DNA of 50,535 nt from a virus (Duplodnaviria > Caudoviricetes): the IMG/VR virus record IMGVR_UViG_3300048796_000086, positions 1 to 50,535 of that record; one strand, written 5' to 3'. The notes below the pieces were generated by a model. That model was not told the origin of the DNA and ran no database searches. It saw only the letters and a program-made list of their open reading frames with translations. The position numbers were made by a program, and so were the translations under genes. Positions 27,768 through 38,088 of the stretch are shown piece after piece. Each line of letters opens with the position of its first letter. Position 1 is the first letter of the stretch.

Positions 27768-27952
27768 TGCCGTTACTACCTATCATCGTCACTATCATCG
27801 TCGTGGGGGTCCTGCTTTGGGCAGTCAACACCTACATTCCGATGGACGCCAAGCTCAAGCAGATTCTCAACATTGTGGTGATTATCGCCGTGGTGCTCTG
27901 GCTGCTGAAGGCGTTCGGGGTGTGGCAGTACATGGCGCACCTCACGACGTAG
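27767..27952 (+). CDS. Two-TM membrane protein (Thivi_2564-like), possible holin
   Basis: MPLLPIIVTIIVVGVLLWAVNTYIPMDAKLKQILNIVV...; coupled to the amidase. Confidence 0.7.
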   Translation: MPLLPIIVTIIVVGVLLWAVNTYIPMDAKLKQILNIVVIIAVVLWLLKAFGVWQYMAHLTT

Positions 27953-27962
27953 GCGAAGCGAC

Positions 27963-28229
27963 GTGAACACTGTCGAGCAAATCGGGCTCTCGCTCTTCAA
28001 TGCGTTCCTTAACGTCTGCATTGGAATCGCGATATTCATTGGCGGCAACAAAATGGTGGAGCGCCTTGACAAGATAAAAACGAATACCGATGGAACCCTG
28101 AAGGCTTTGCGGGGAGAGAATGCCGGGCTACAAGACGACAAGAACGCCCTGCAAGACGATAAGGCCGCGCTTGTGGAGAAGGTCCACATCGCCTCGACCA
28201 AGCCTGCAACGAGGAAGCGCAAGCGTTGA
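27963..28229 (+). CDS. TM plus coiled-coil protein (lysis region)
   Basis: N-terminal hydrophobic helix, heptad repeats, basic tail. Confidence 0.6.
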   Translation: MNTVEQIGLSLFNAFLNVCIGIAIFIGGNKMVERLDKIKTNTDGTLKALRGENAGLQDDKNALQDDKAALVEKVHIASTKPATRKRKR

Positions 28230-28774
28230 CCTTCTCACTCCAGATCGCGCCCTACGCGCTCGGTGGTACACTTGTGGCACTGGCCGTCCTGAGCCTCGCC
28301 ATATTTCTTCAGATCAATAAGATAGAAAACGAGCTTTCAGAAATACTCGCGGGAGAACGCCCGCAACGCCCCGCAGTCAAACTCGCGTTAGTCTTACCAG
28401 CACTCGAAACCAAAGGAGAAAAACCAATGCCCAATTATGAACTCAACGTCGGCAACACTGCCTACGTTCCTATTCAGACCCTAGACGCCGGAGGCAAACC
28501 CGTGCCGCCGCCGGCTGGTGACGTATTTACGCTTGCATCGAGCGACTCCGTTAACGCTCCCGTGACACTCGGCACCATGCCGTCCGGTCCGCTTGCGGGC
28601 CAAGCGGCTGCGGAAGTCGTGGGCGTCGGCGTCGTCGCGGGAGCTACAATTACGCTCACAGATTCGGCTGGCCTTACGGCTGATGTTCAGATCGTTGACG
28701 TTATCCCGGCCGCCGACCCGCCGACAACCGACTTCCTCGACATTTCGGATGCGGTAGTCGTACCGACGCCGTAA
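28226..28774 (+). CDS. TM-anchored Ig-like protein with possible internal start at 28427
   Basis: N-terminal TM helix; AAAGGAGA RBS before in-frame MPNYELNVG. Confidence 0.6.
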   Translation: MTFSLQIAPYALGGTLVALAVLSLAIFLQINKIENELSEILAGERPQRPAVKLALVLPALETKGEKPMPNYELNVGNTAYVPIQTLDAGGKPVPPPAGDVFTLASSDSVNAPVTLGTMPSGPLAGQAAAEVVGVGVVAGATITLTDSAGLTADVQIVDVIPAADPPTTDFLDISDAVVVPTP

Positions 28775-29097
28775 TGAAAGTCAGCGACATCGTTTCGATA
28801 TGCACGGCTATCGCAGGGTTGGCTTCGGCCATCTCTGCGCCCGCGCTCGAACTGGTATTCCCAGGACACGGCACCTACATCGCCGGGGTTCTCGCGCTTA
28901 CGGGAATCGTCGCGACGGTCGTCATCCGTACCCTCACGAATAAGGCGGGCGCTCCAGCAACATCTATCGTAGCGAATGCGCCGATGGTGCCGCCCGCTAC
29001 GATCGTCACCGCGCCATCAACTCCAACGGTTGGGACCGTGGTAAGCACGACTTCGACCGATGCTATAATCGCACCACAGAAAGCAGAGCCACTATGA
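28774..29097 (+). CDS. Two-TM holin-like protein
   Basis: Two hydrophobic helices; located in the lysis cluster. Confidence 0.55.
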   Translation: MKVSDIVSICTAIAGLASAISAPALELVFPGHGTYIAGVLALTGIVATVVIRTLTNKAGAPATSIVANAPMVPPATIVTAPSTPTVGTVVSTTSTDAIIAPQKAEPL

Positions 29098-29474
29098 CGT
29101 TACAACAGCTAGGCGGCTATCTCTTCGACCTCGGGTGGGTCCTGAGTTGGCTGCACAGCGCGGAAATGACCGCGCTCTCGGCGTTCTTCACAAACCTCGG
29201 ACTCGCGCTCGAAGGTGGCGGACCCGCGTTCACTATCAAGGTCGGCAACGCCGCGCTCATCGGTAAGTACATCGGCGGCGTTGGCTTCGTTTTTGGCCTC
29301 TTTAAGTTCTTGGAACCGGCCGAAGCTTTCTGCGTTCAACTTGGCGCAGAGTTAGCGTTGGGCGCCGGAACGTTTGGGCCGATTCGCGTCGGAAACGACG
29401 GTATCAGCGGAACCGTTACGAGCGCTGGCGGCGGTGCCGATTCGATTGCGTTCACCGTAGGCGCCTGGACGTAG
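29094..29474 (+). CDS. Hypothetical hydrophobic protein with internal duplication
   Basis: ATGA-coupled; repeated GPAFTIKVGN / GPIRVGN units. Confidence 0.6.
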   Translation: MTLQQLGGYLFDLGWVLSWLHSAEMTALSAFFTNLGLALEGGGPAFTIKVGNAALIGKYIGGVGFVFGLFKFLEPAEAFCVQLGAELALGAGTFGPIRVGNDGISGTVTSAGGGADSIAFTVGAWT

Positions 29475-29478
29475 GGCC

Positions 29479-29760
29479 TTGCACGGCCAGGCAGATACCA
29501 CCGGGCTGCCAATCTCTCGACCGCTGATTAGCGGCTCGAAGGTGGGTTCCGTGTATCCCGTTCTTGGCGTTCAACTTGGAACAACCGACGTGACTGTCCC
29601 TATAGCTCTCGGAAGAATGCCGTCCGGCTTCATCACCATCAATGCTCCGGTGGGCGGTGGCGTCGTGACGGCTGGCGGTAACGCGGGTTCCGATTGGACG
29701 CCAAGCAGCATCGTGCTTCAGGCTACCGTCGCCGGAACGTATAGCGTGCTAATCCTGTGA
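29479..29760 (+). CDS. Hypothetical virion protein
   Basis: LGRMPSGF motif, beta-rich. Confidence 0.55.
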   Translation: MHGQADTTGLPISRPLISGSKVGSVYPVLGVQLGTTDVTVPIALGRMPSGFITINAPVGGGVVTAGGNAGSDWTPSSIVLQATVAGTYSVLIL

Positions 29761-30170
29761 TGACGCGGACGATGCGCGTGCGTGACGCGCGACCGGAGGA
29801 CCTACCCGTAATGCAAGCTATCGCGGCGGAGAACGGCATCGAAGGCTACGAGTTACCGTGGGGCGGCGCTTGGGGTGCAATCGCGCTTCTTGATGAGCAA
29901 CCTGTCGCGTTTATTACCGGGAGAGATATCAGTCAAGGTTTGTTTGCGGAGGACTTGTGGGCGGTGGGCGGTCAGGACGGAATACGCGGTATCGCAAAGC
30001 TCAACGAATGGCTGGAAGAAACGGCCGAAGCCGTCGCTCGCAAAGAAGGGAAGCCTATTATGATTGGCGCTGCCGTGCGACTAGGCAACACCGCGCAACT
30101 CAACACTATGCTGTCAGGGCGCGGGTATCAACCTTACGCCGTCGTTCTTGCGAAAAGGATTGCACCGTAA
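29757..30170 (+). CDS. GNAT-like acetyltransferase-fold protein
   Basis: MRVRDARPEDLP N-terminus, GN...RGY C-terminal motif; usual position before podovirus ejection genes. Confidence 0.7.
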   Translation: MMTRTMRVRDARPEDLPVMQAIAAENGIEGYELPWGGAWGAIALLDEQPVAFITGRDISQGLFAEDLWAVGGQDGIRGIAKLNEWLEETAEAVARKEGKPIMIGAAVRLGNTAQLNTMLSGRGYQPYAVVLAKRIAP

Positions 30171-30631
30171 TGGAACAGATGTTCTCTAAGCCGAATCAGC
30201 AAGCGTCACAAGGAGCGAGCGGCTTAGGCGCGCAGCTTCAGCCGATTATCTCGCAGATCGAACAGTACACCGGCCAGCAACAGCAAGCCGAACGCGGCGC
30301 GATCGCTGGGGTGCCGAATCCCTACTTCAACTCCGCGCAGGAGATGAGCCCCGCGCCGTACCGCGTGAACCCTGGGCAGACGCAAACGTTCGGCGCGAGC
30401 GGCCCCGGGACGTACCTCGCCAACCTCTCCTCGAAGTCAGCGGGCGGTGCGGCTCCGCCGTGGCAACCGATTCCGCGCGACTCGTTCGGCCCCGCGCCAG
30501 GTGGCGGGAACGGCAAAGGCGGCAACAACGGCGCGATGCTCCCGCTCAACGTTACGAGTAACACCGGCGGTGGCGGACAGTACGGCGGCTGGGCAGCGAA
30601 TAGCGGCATCCGGGGGCACACGACCGACTGA
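30170..30631 (+). CDS. Putative internal virion/ejection protein
   Basis: TAATG coupling; Gly/Gln-rich. Confidence 0.55.
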   Translation: MEQMFSKPNQQASQGASGLGAQLQPIISQIEQYTGQQQQAERGAIAGVPNPYFNSAQEMSPAPYRVNPGQTQTFGASGPGTYLANLSSKSAGGAAPPWQPIPRDSFGPAPGGGNGKGGNNGAMLPLNVTSNTGGGGQYGGWAANSGIRGHTTD

Positions 30632-31398
30632 TGGCCGGAACCGCGCAGCCCGTCGTACAGCAGCCGAAGTACCAGCCTCTAGCTGGTCCTCAAAATCTTA
30701 ATTCTCAAAATATCAATGCGACGGCGCCTGCGCCCTATCAGCAATTCGGGAATATTCCCCAAATAGACCCATCGTATTATCAGGCCGTAAACGCTTCTCC
30801 TTATGCCCAAAAACAATACCTTTCGCAGTACGACAAAATGTACGCGGCCGGTTTGCAGCCGACGTTCAACCAGCAGGACCTCGCGCTTTCGCAGGACCTT
30901 TCTTCGCGTGGCATTACCGATAGCAGTGCGGCGTCCAACACAATGGGCGACCTGTACGCGCAGCAGGGCGGCCAGATCGCGCAGGGCGAGGCGCCGATGG
31001 TGAGCCAGGCGTTTGGCTACACGCAGCAGGACATCATGGCGAATCAGGCGGCGCAGAACGCGGCGAACGCTACCAACGCGAGCGCGTCGAATGCGGCGGC
31101 GGGAGCGAACGCAGGCTTCTACAACTCGGCCGTCACCGGCAACGAGAACGCTTACAACGCTTACCAGCAGTCGCTCTTTGGCGCGGGGACGAATCAAAAC
31201 AACTCGCTTCTGAGCGCGTACCTCAACTCGTTTGGCCCGCAGACTGGCGTGACCAACGCTTTAGGTTCGGAACTGTCTGGCGAGAGTAGCGCTTACGGCG
31301 ACATTTACGACGCCGCTCTCCAAGGCCAAGGGCAAAGCGAAAGCGGCGTGGGGCAGGGGCTTGGGTCGTATTTTGCCGCAGCCGCGGCGGCTGGCTAA
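30631..31398 (+). CDS. Putative ejection protein
   Basis: Gln/Asn/Ala-rich; LSSRGITDSS motif; position. Confidence 0.65.
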   Translation: MAGTAQPVVQQPKYQPLAGPQNLNSQNINATAPAPYQQFGNIPQIDPSYYQAVNASPYAQKQYLSQYDKMYAAGLQPTFNQQDLALSQDLSSRGITDSSAASNTMGDLYAQQGGQIAQGEAPMVSQAFGYTQQDIMANQAAQNAANATNASASNAAAGANAGFYNSAVTGNENAYNAYQQSLFGAGTNQNNSLLSAYLNSFGPQTGVTNALGSELSGESSAYGDIYDAALQGQGQSESGVGQGLGSYFAAAAAAG

Positions 31399-33873
31399 AT
31401 GGGCGGCTTCTCTCCGACCGCGGTAGCGGGGTTCTCGCCTCAACCGCCGACGCCGCCTCCGGCGCCCGTTCCGCCGAGCACTTTGCCAACGCCGCAGCAG
31501 GCCGCGCAGGTGGCTTCGCTCGCGGGCGCGATGTTCGCTGGCGCAACGAAGGGCGCTACCGCCGCGACGGCGCAGCAGCCGCCCGCAACGCAAGTGCCGC
31601 CGGTCAGCGCGCCGCAGATTCCGCCGGTCGTGCCAGGCGCGCCGCCAACGCCTTCGCAGGCGATGATGCAGAAGCTCATCTCCGATAGCAAGGCCGGGCT
31701 CACCGGGTCGATGGCGACCCCCTCGACGCCGCCAACCGGGCCACCGTCACCCGCGGGGCCGCAGCCGCCGCCTCCGCCGACGACGCTTGGCGATGCGATG
31801 GCGCAGCTTCAGGCCGACCGCGCGCGGTACGAGAAAGACTCGGAAAACCCGCCGCAATACAAGCCTCCGAACAAGTGGTTAGAGATCGCGACCGCGCTGG
31901 CCGGGCTTGCATTCCCGGCTGGCGGCCTGGGAAAGTTCGCGGCTGGAATGAGCGGCGGGCTCGCGGAAGGCGCGAAGGACGCCTACGCGCGCAAAGAGGA
32001 GCAGTGGAAAGCGAAGCAGGCCGCCGATGAAAAGGCGATGGGGCTGGACGCTACCCTCTACGACGCGCAAGCCAAGATCGACGCGACCGCTCAAGAGAAC
32101 TCGATTCGGAATGACCTCGCCCAGCAGCGCATCGGAATCTCGGGCCAACACCTTCAACTGTCGGCTCAAGGGCTCAACTGGAAAGAGAACGTCGAGTTTC
32201 CGGCTAACCAAAAGCGGTACTACGACCTCGCGCAAGAGCACAACGACGTTATTATGCGCGGCCAGGACTTCACGATTGCCGGCAAGCAAATGGGAATCGC
32301 GGCGCAATACAAGCTCGAGGGCATCCGCCAAATCGGGATGAACGGCCGAGCCGCTGCGAGCATCTCGGAGCGGCTGGCAAATACAGCTATCGTCCAAGGC
32401 GCAGAGACGGCTCGGACGCAGTACAACCGCCACGTTGCCGCTATCCAAAAAGCCGACGCCAAAGACCCGCATCAAATGGCGACGGACATCACCGCCGCGA
32501 CGAGCCAACTCAACGATACGGTGAACGGGTTGCTTGCGAAGGCTCCGCCCGGTTCGGATATGGCAAACCTCTCGACGCTTGGTACTGGCCTTGACGCCGA
32601 CACCGCGCAAACCACAAACGAAGAACTGAGCGGCTACGCCAACAACGCGGCAGGCGTCGATAGCGGCGCGGCCTCGGGATACGCTCCGTCTCAGGGCGTA
32701 ACGCCGCAAACGCAAGCGCAAGCGATTCAGCTTCAGCAGAAGGGCTACTCGACCGACCCGGCTACCGGGCAGATGTATCCGCCGGGCTACCATGCTTTGG
32801 GCTCGCCGATCGACGGTTCCGACCCGCCACCGCAACAGGGGCCGGGGACGCCGACTGGCGCCGGGGCACCTGGCACGCCGATTGGCGGCGACCCGCCAGC
32901 AGCGCCGCAAGCGACGAACCCGGCCGAGCAACACGGCGTGAACCTCGCCCAGCAATCCGACAACTACGTTCTCGGCCTTGGAGCGATGGCGCAGAAGGCT
33001 GGCGTTGGCGGCGGCGCGGGGTTCCCCGAACCAGCCTTCAAAGCCATGCGTGAAGCCGTCGCACAACACGCGGCCGATTTCCCGACCGCTCAGGCTTTGC
33101 TCCAGAACTTTGCCTCCGACCCGGCAGCGAAAACGCTTTCTAACCCGCAGGCCGGGCAGTTGCTCGAACTGTGGGCTCACACGCGCCGCGCGCACGGGCT
33201 TCCCGTGGACGTTCCGCCTCCGCCGGGACAGACGCCGCCGCACCCTGTCGTGCCCGGAAGCGGGCCTGCAAGCCTCGATATTACGAAACCCGGACTTGGA
33301 CTCCCCACGAAGCCCGCAGGCGGTCCTGTGGCCGAATCTGCCCCAGAAACGGCACCTCCGAAGCCGTCCTTCGCGGGCCTCCCGGACTCCGCCGTCACCG
33401 GCGCGGTGAAAGGGGTGGCCGGCGCGGTCGAAGGCGCTATCCACCACGCTACGCCGACCAAGGGCGAAGTCATCGAACAGGCGGCACAAAAGACCGGCGT
33501 ACCAGTGGCGCTCCTCATTGCGATCGCCAAGAACGAAAGCAGCTTCAACAACGACGCGACGAGCCCGGTCGGCGCCCACGGAATGTTTCAACTCATGCCA
33601 GGCACCGCGAAGGCGCTGGGCGTTGACCCGAACAATCCGGTGGAGAACGTCATGGGCGGCGCGACGTACATCGCCGAGCAACTCAAGCGGTTCCACTCCA
33701 TCCCGGCCGCGATTGCCGCCTACAACGCTGGCCCGCAGGCCGTGATCGACCACCGCGGCATCCCGCCCTATCCCGAGACGCGGGCCTACGTCGCGAAGGT
33801 CCTTAAAGACTACCGCGACCTGCTCCAAGAGTACCCGCTGCAAGCGAGCCACGGAGCGTCGGGGAGTTTTTAA
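31399..33873 (+). CDS. Ejection protein with C-terminal SLT lytic transglycosylase
   Basis: AIAKNESSFN, GAHGMFQLMPGTA, AAYNAG and ETRAYVAKV motifs. Confidence 0.88.
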   Translation: MGGFSPTAVAGFSPQPPTPPPAPVPPSTLPTPQQAAQVASLAGAMFAGATKGATAATAQQPPATQVPPVSAPQIPPVVPGAPPTPSQAMMQKLISDSKAGLTGSMATPSTPPTGPPSPAGPQPPPPPTTLGDAMAQLQADRARYEKDSENPPQYKPPNKWLEIATALAGLAFPAGGLGKFAAGMSGGLAEGAKDAYARKEEQWKAKQAADEKAMGLDATLYDAQAKIDATAQENSIRNDLAQQRIGISGQHLQLSAQGLNWKENVEFPANQKRYYDLAQEHNDVIMRGQDFTIAGKQMGIAAQYKLEGIRQIGMNGRAAASISERLANTAIVQGAETARTQYNRHVAAIQKADAKDPHQMATDITAATSQLNDTVNGLLAKAPPGSDMANLSTLGTGLDADTAQTTNEELSGYANNAAGVDSGAASGYAPSQGVTPQTQAQAIQLQQKGYSTDPATGQMYPPGYHALGSPIDGSDPPPQQGPGTPTGAGAPGTPIGGDPPAAPQATNPAEQHGVNLAQQSDNYVLGLGAMAQKAGVGGGAGFPEPAFKAMREAVAQHAADFPTAQALLQNFASDPAAKTLSNPQAGQLLELWAHTRRAHGLPVDVPPPPGQTPPHPVVPGSGPASLDITKPGLGLPTKPAGGPVAESAPETAPPKPSFAGLPDSAVTGAVKGVAGAVEGAIHHATPTKGEVIEQAAQKTGVPVALLIAIAKNESSFNNDATSPVGAHGMFQLMPGTAKALGVDPNNPVENVMGGATYIAEQLKRFHSIPAAIAAYNAGPQAVIDHRGIPPYPETRAYVAKVLKDYRDLLQEYPLQASHGASGSF

Positions 33874-36090
33874 GTGGGGCTCCTCTCCGACGCGATTTCG
33901 GGGGCGACTCCGCAGCAAACGCCACCCCCCGCTCAGGCTCCGCCCGCCGCCGCGACTTCAGCGCCGCAGCAGGGTGGCGGGATTCTTTCCGCCGCTTTGG
34001 GGGCGCACACCGCCGCGCAAACCGCTCCGCCGCTCGGCTCCAACGCCGCCTACCAGCAGGCCGGACAAACCACGCACTCCATCTTCGGCGATATACCGGC
34101 TGAAGCCGAGAACGCGGGCCGGGAGTTCGCTGCGCTGCCAGCCGAGGGGCTCAACGCCGTTCTCGGCGCACCGCAGCGGGTGGAAGCCTCGCGTCTAGGC
34201 CAGATGAAGTCTAACCCTCGCGGCGTAGCGGAAACGACAGCAGCACCGCTTACTGGGGCCGTTCCGGCGCTACTCGACCCGGCTGGAAGAAAGCAACTCG
34301 GCAACGAGGCTTACGCGGCGTTTCACCCTAACGACCCGTCGATCGAAGCGAACGCTGAATCGGCGACAGGTGTTAACCACCTAATGTCTAGCGACCCCCG
34401 CTTCCGCGGTAAGGCCCAAAACTTTCTTGTTCGCACCGTATTCGAGAATGCGACCGACCCTCTCAATTTAGCCACGTTAGGAACCGGCGGGGTTGCAGAA
34501 GATGCCTTGCGCGCCGTAGGGCGAGCGGGGACGGCGGCGCTCAAGTCAAGCAATCCGATCGCGCGCGACCTCGCTCAGACGATGCTCACCAACGTCGAGG
34601 AGCGGCGCGGTGGCTACAACCCCTCTGAAATCGCTCGTATAAATAGCGTCAAGAACCGTGAGATTACTCGTGCGCGCGTGCAGCACACCTCCGATGCGGG
34701 GCTCATGCTAGCGGCGCGACGTGACCTTCACAACGGCGTGATTCCCGAGCCGGTGCGTCAGCGGCTTCTCCAAGAGCCCTTCGTGTTCGGAACGCCTGAG
34801 ATGCGCGAGCAGGCCGTAAAGTTTGGCTACACGCCGAAGCCCGGTGAAGCGGAGCGTCCGCCACTCGGGCTCGTGAACTACAACTTGCGCGCGAACTATG
34901 AGCCGCAGACCGGGATGAATAAGACTCCCGACGCGTTTAACGACCTGCTCCTTGGCGAAGAAGAACGGCTGAGAACCCCGCGCGGTGGATTCGAGGAACA
35001 CCAGCAAGCCGAAGCCCCTCCCGAGAACCTTTATGATCGAGTCGATAAGCGGCTGGCCCAAAGCCGGGCCGTTATTCGGCACCGGGCTACAACCGAAGGG
35101 CTGCAACGCCACGTCGGTATGACGCCCGAAATGGCGTCAGCTACGGCTACCGAATCGAAACTCGGAGGCTCCGAGGCGCTAAAGGCATTGTCTCGCGCGC
35201 AAGTGGATGCGTTGCTTTCGACTGGCATCCCGCACATGAGGAACGTTGCCGTTGGGGGCTACCTGTCGCTCGGCGAAGGTGGAATGGCGCAAGCTACGCG
35301 CCATTTTCTTCAGGGCCTTCCGCAGCATCTGTCCGACCGACTCAACGCCGGTGCAGCGTCACATTTCGGCGTGCGGGTTCCCGGTAAGTATTCGCCCGCG
35401 CGGCTTCTCCCGCAAGGTATTCGCAAAGCGTCAACGACGATGCTCGACCGCTGGGACCAATCGCTACGCGCCGCCAGGCTCGAACAACTCGACAAGGATA
35501 TGAAGGGCGCAGACGAGTTAGAGAAACTCGATCGCGTTAATCAAGACCTGGGTGCGTACAACCTCAAGCCGCAATACGTCAAATGGCTTCAAGCGTTCGT
35601 CGGCGCTAACTTTCCTCAGTGGCACAACTACATCGTTCCGACAATGGTAGGCCGCGCGGTAGTTCGTCACCCCGAGCGCGTCGAGCGGTTAGCGCGGACG
35701 GAACAGAACGCCAATGATTCCTTCCTGCCGCATGAGCCGTATCGCGTAACGCTTGGCGGACCCGTTGATGAAGCCGCGTCTGCGGCGGCGGACCCGGCGC
35801 GCATCGCTTTCGGTGAAACAGCCTCCCGACGTTACCCATCATACTTCGGTGGCCCGTCGTCGGCTGGCATCCTTTCGCCGATCGCACGCGCGATTCTAAG
35901 TGGGCCAAAGAAGGAAATCGGCACCTACCTCGCGGGCCTTATACCGTTTGGCGGGGTTGGCCTCGACGTTCTAGGGAACCCGTTTAACTCGCCGTTGTCG
36001 CCTGCTGCGCGAGCGGCTGGTGGGCTTGCGGGGATTTACACACAGAATCGGACGCCTGGCTCTATGGCGCGAACTGCGCCTGCGCCCTAG
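33874..36090 (+). CDS. Large putative ejection/internal virion protein
   Basis: 738 aa, last gene of the late operon; ATDPLN motif. Confidence 0.65.
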   Translation: MGLLSDAISGATPQQTPPPAQAPPAAATSAPQQGGGILSAALGAHTAAQTAPPLGSNAAYQQAGQTTHSIFGDIPAEAENAGREFAALPAEGLNAVLGAPQRVEASRLGQMKSNPRGVAETTAAPLTGAVPALLDPAGRKQLGNEAYAAFHPNDPSIEANAESATGVNHLMSSDPRFRGKAQNFLVRTVFENATDPLNLATLGTGGVAEDALRAVGRAGTAALKSSNPIARDLAQTMLTNVEERRGGYNPSEIARINSVKNREITRARVQHTSDAGLMLAARRDLHNGVIPEPVRQRLLQEPFVFGTPEMREQAVKFGYTPKPGEAERPPLGLVNYNLRANYEPQTGMNKTPDAFNDLLLGEEERLRTPRGGFEEHQQAEAPPENLYDRVDKRLAQSRAVIRHRATTEGLQRHVGMTPEMASATATESKLGGSEALKALSRAQVDALLSTGIPHMRNVAVGGYLSLGEGGMAQATRHFLQGLPQHLSDRLNAGAASHFGVRVPGKYSPARLLPQGIRKASTTMLDRWDQSLRAARLEQLDKDMKGADELEKLDRVNQDLGAYNLKPQYVKWLQAFVGANFPQWHNYIVPTMVGRAVVRHPERVERLARTEQNANDSFLPHEPYRVTLGGPVDEAASAAADPARIAFGETASRRYPSYFGGPSSAGILSPIARAILSGPKKEIGTYLAGLIPFGGVGLDVLGNPFNSPLSPAARAAGGLAGIYTQNRTPGSMARTAPAP

Positions 36091-36097
36091 TTAGGCC

Positions 36098-36304
36098 TCA
36101 TTTCGCTTCCTCGAACGTTGCGCCAGGGCACCCGAGCAGGTACTTAATTTTCGGCGTGTTGAACGGCGAGAACGCGATCTCGCTGATAACCTGGAAGTGG
36201 TCGCCGCGGCGCACTCCGCACCGGCAAAGCTGGTCGGCTTCCGCGACGGGGGCTGGCGCGGCCTCGGGCTCGACGAGCGGGAGGTGCTTCTTGCCGGTGC
36301 TCAC
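36098..36304 (-). CDS. Hypothetical Cys/His protein
   Basis: Coupled GTG start; CRCG...H...C motif. Confidence 0.5.
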   Translation of the reverse strand: MSTGKKHLPLVEPEAAPAPVAEADQLCRCGVRRGDHFQVISEIAFSPFNTPKIKYLLGCPGATFEEAK

Positions 36305-36585
36305 GCCGTCGCCGCTGGTTTCGCGGCCTGCCACGCCTTATCGTAGTCCGCCGTCGCCTTCAGGAAGCTGTCAACGATTCCGGCCGCCGTCGCACGAAGC
36401 GCCAGCACCGCGGCTTCCTCCTCGTGCTCGTCCACTTTAATCGTCTGGAGTATCGCGACCGAAAGCGAGACGCGCTCCTCCTCTTTTGACATTTGCCGCG
36501 GCGCGCTCACTTGCGGCTGGCCTACTCGATTATCCAAGGTTTCTATTCCTCCGTGGCGCGCTAGGCGCCGGTTGACGTTGCTCAA
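36301..36585 (-). CDS. Hypothetical protein
   Basis: Coupled ORF. Confidence 0.55.
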   Translation of the reverse strand: MSNVNRRLARHGGIETLDNRVGQPQVSAPRQMSKEEERVSLSVAILQTIKVDEHEEEAAVLALRATAAGIVDSFLKATADYDKAWQAAKPAATA

Positions 36586-37079
36586 AAGTGCTCCTCACTC
36601 CATTCGCCGTCCTTGCGCGTTACGGCCTTGAACGTTAGCGGGTGCTTCGACGCGGCGACCTTTATACGCAAACGCGCCGCTTCCCGCCAGAAGCCCTTGA
36701 CCTCGATCGCTTCCAGCTCTCCGCCAGGAAGCATCACGCCGAAGTCAACTTTGTACCAAGCGCCGCCACCGAGGCTAAAGCGCCACGGCTCGTAAAGCCA
36801 CCATAGGATTTCGCCGGCAATCCGCTGGAGTTCCAACCGCTCCGCGTAGGCTTGCTCGAGCGCGCTTCTGTAGGGCGACGGTGCGACCCGGCCCTTCGCG
36901 CGCGGCATAGCGGTGGCGAACGGTGGCGCGCTTTGGTTCGGCGACGGGAGCACTTTCAGCGGCTTGCCGCTTTTCAGCGCGACGCGCGTCCTGGCGCCTT
37001 CGTCAACGTACTCCTCGGCACCGCGGCGAATCGCGGCGTCGATCGCCCGCTGCATCGCAGGCGGGTAATCCTCCTTCAC
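36582..37079 (-). CDS. PD-(D/E)XK endonuclease (DUF1064-like)
   Basis: YRSALEQAYA, WYKVDFGV and EAIEVKGFW motifs. Confidence 0.8.
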   Translation of the reverse strand: MKEDYPPAMQRAIDAAIRRGAEEYVDEGARTRVALKSGKPLKVLPSPNQSAPPFATAMPRAKGRVAPSPYRSALEQAYAERLELQRIAGEILWWLYEPWRFSLGGGAWYKVDFGVMLPGGELEAIEVKGFWREAARLRIKVAASKHPLTFKAVTRKDGEWSEEHF

Positions 37080-37603
37080 CGTGGCTTCATTCCTCCTCGC
37101 CGCCACCAAAACGGGCCGCCACGTTCGCGTGGGTTGTACGCCGCCGGGCCGGGCACAAAGGCTTGCCAACACTGTCCCTCTGCGCTTGCGTGTTCCGCAC
37201 CTGCCATCGCTAAGAGTTCGGGAAACAACTCCTCGATTACGTCCTCGGGATTCCACCCGATATTGTGTCGGCGCTCCTCTTGCTCTTTCTTGGCGTCAAG
37301 ATACCGCTGCGGCATCCACACCGAACGAACAAACCTAAAGGCTCCATGCGGGTCACGGTCGCCGTCCTCGTAGAGTGCCACAACGTCGCCGCCGATAAAG
37401 TTTGTCGGACAAGTATGCTCCTCGAAAAAGTACCGTTCGTGCTCATCACGGCTAGTCTCACCGGGGTATGTTGCGAGGCCCTCGACTACGAAATACACGG
37501 GGCGCTCTCTGCCGTCGATAGCAAGCAGCACAAGGGTTCGCCAAAGGTCCTTATGAAAAGCGTGGTCTGAATCGGTGTGAACTTCCGGTTTGTCGTCCAT
37601 CAT
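37076..37603 (-). CDS. Hypothetical protein
   Basis: GGGGAGG RBS, coupled start; FFEEHTCPTNF motif. Confidence 0.65.
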   Translation of the reverse strand: MMDDKPEVHTDSDHAFHKDLWRTLVLLAIDGRERPVYFVVEGLATYPGETSRDEHERYFFEEHTCPTNFIGGDVVALYEDGDRDPHGAFRFVRSVWMPQRYLDAKKEQEERRHNIGWNPEDVIEELFPELLAMAGAEHASAEGQCWQAFVPGPAAYNPRERGGPFWWRRGGMKPR

Positions 37604-38088
37604 CTCGCCTCCCCTGCCATCGCTGCGGCTGCTTTGATGGCCTCCGCTTCTTCCGGTGTGCGCGGCTCGGTGTTCGGAAACGCGCTTTCGAGCCCGTAAA
37701 TCCAAAGCCGTAGCCGCGTTGCACCTTGCTCTCGCGCTGCCCGCTGCCGTAGTGTTGGCGGGTTGAGCGGGTCGTCCATTTCGTAGAAGGTGAGGTACGC
37801 TTTCATTGCTTCGATGGTTTTCCGAACACGCCCACCATCCACCACCGCCTCATCGGGCTCCGCTAGACGTGCTAGCGTTGATTGGAGCGATGCGATGGTG
37901 GCGTTCTTTGCGCGAACGATGTGCGCGGTCGCTAGAAAGCAGTCGTCTATGCCATCGTTGCGCCCTTCATGCCACGGCGTGAGGGAGTCACCTGCCGCGT
38001 CCAACCCTGAATACGACGGGAATCCGAAAGCGTGAATCTCCTCCCGAATCTCGGCAAGCTCGGTAGCGGATAGGGGGGTATCGCTCAT
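37600..38088 (-). CDS. Hypothetical protein
   Basis: ATGA-coupled ORF. Confidence 0.65.
   Translation of the reverse strand: MSDTPLSATELAEIREEIHAFGFPSYSGLDAAGDSLTPWHEGRNDGIDDCFLATAHIVRAKNATIASLQSTLARLAEPDEAVVDGGRVRKTIEAMKAYLTFYEMDDPLNPPTLRQRAAREQGATRLRLWIYGLESAFPNTEPRTPEEAEAIKAAAAMAGEAR

Noticed and set aside
31879-33918. 679-aa minus-strand ORF (and similar long antisense ORFs at 4959-5885, 8882-9682, 14395-15222 and 39820-40740)
   Set aside because: Shadow frames of GC-rich genes that have clear motifs or coupling on the other strand; no recognisable domains.
3280-36090. Stop-codon reassignment
   Set aside because: Core genes are full length under the standard code, all three stops are used at real gene ends, and no suppressor tRNA was seen.
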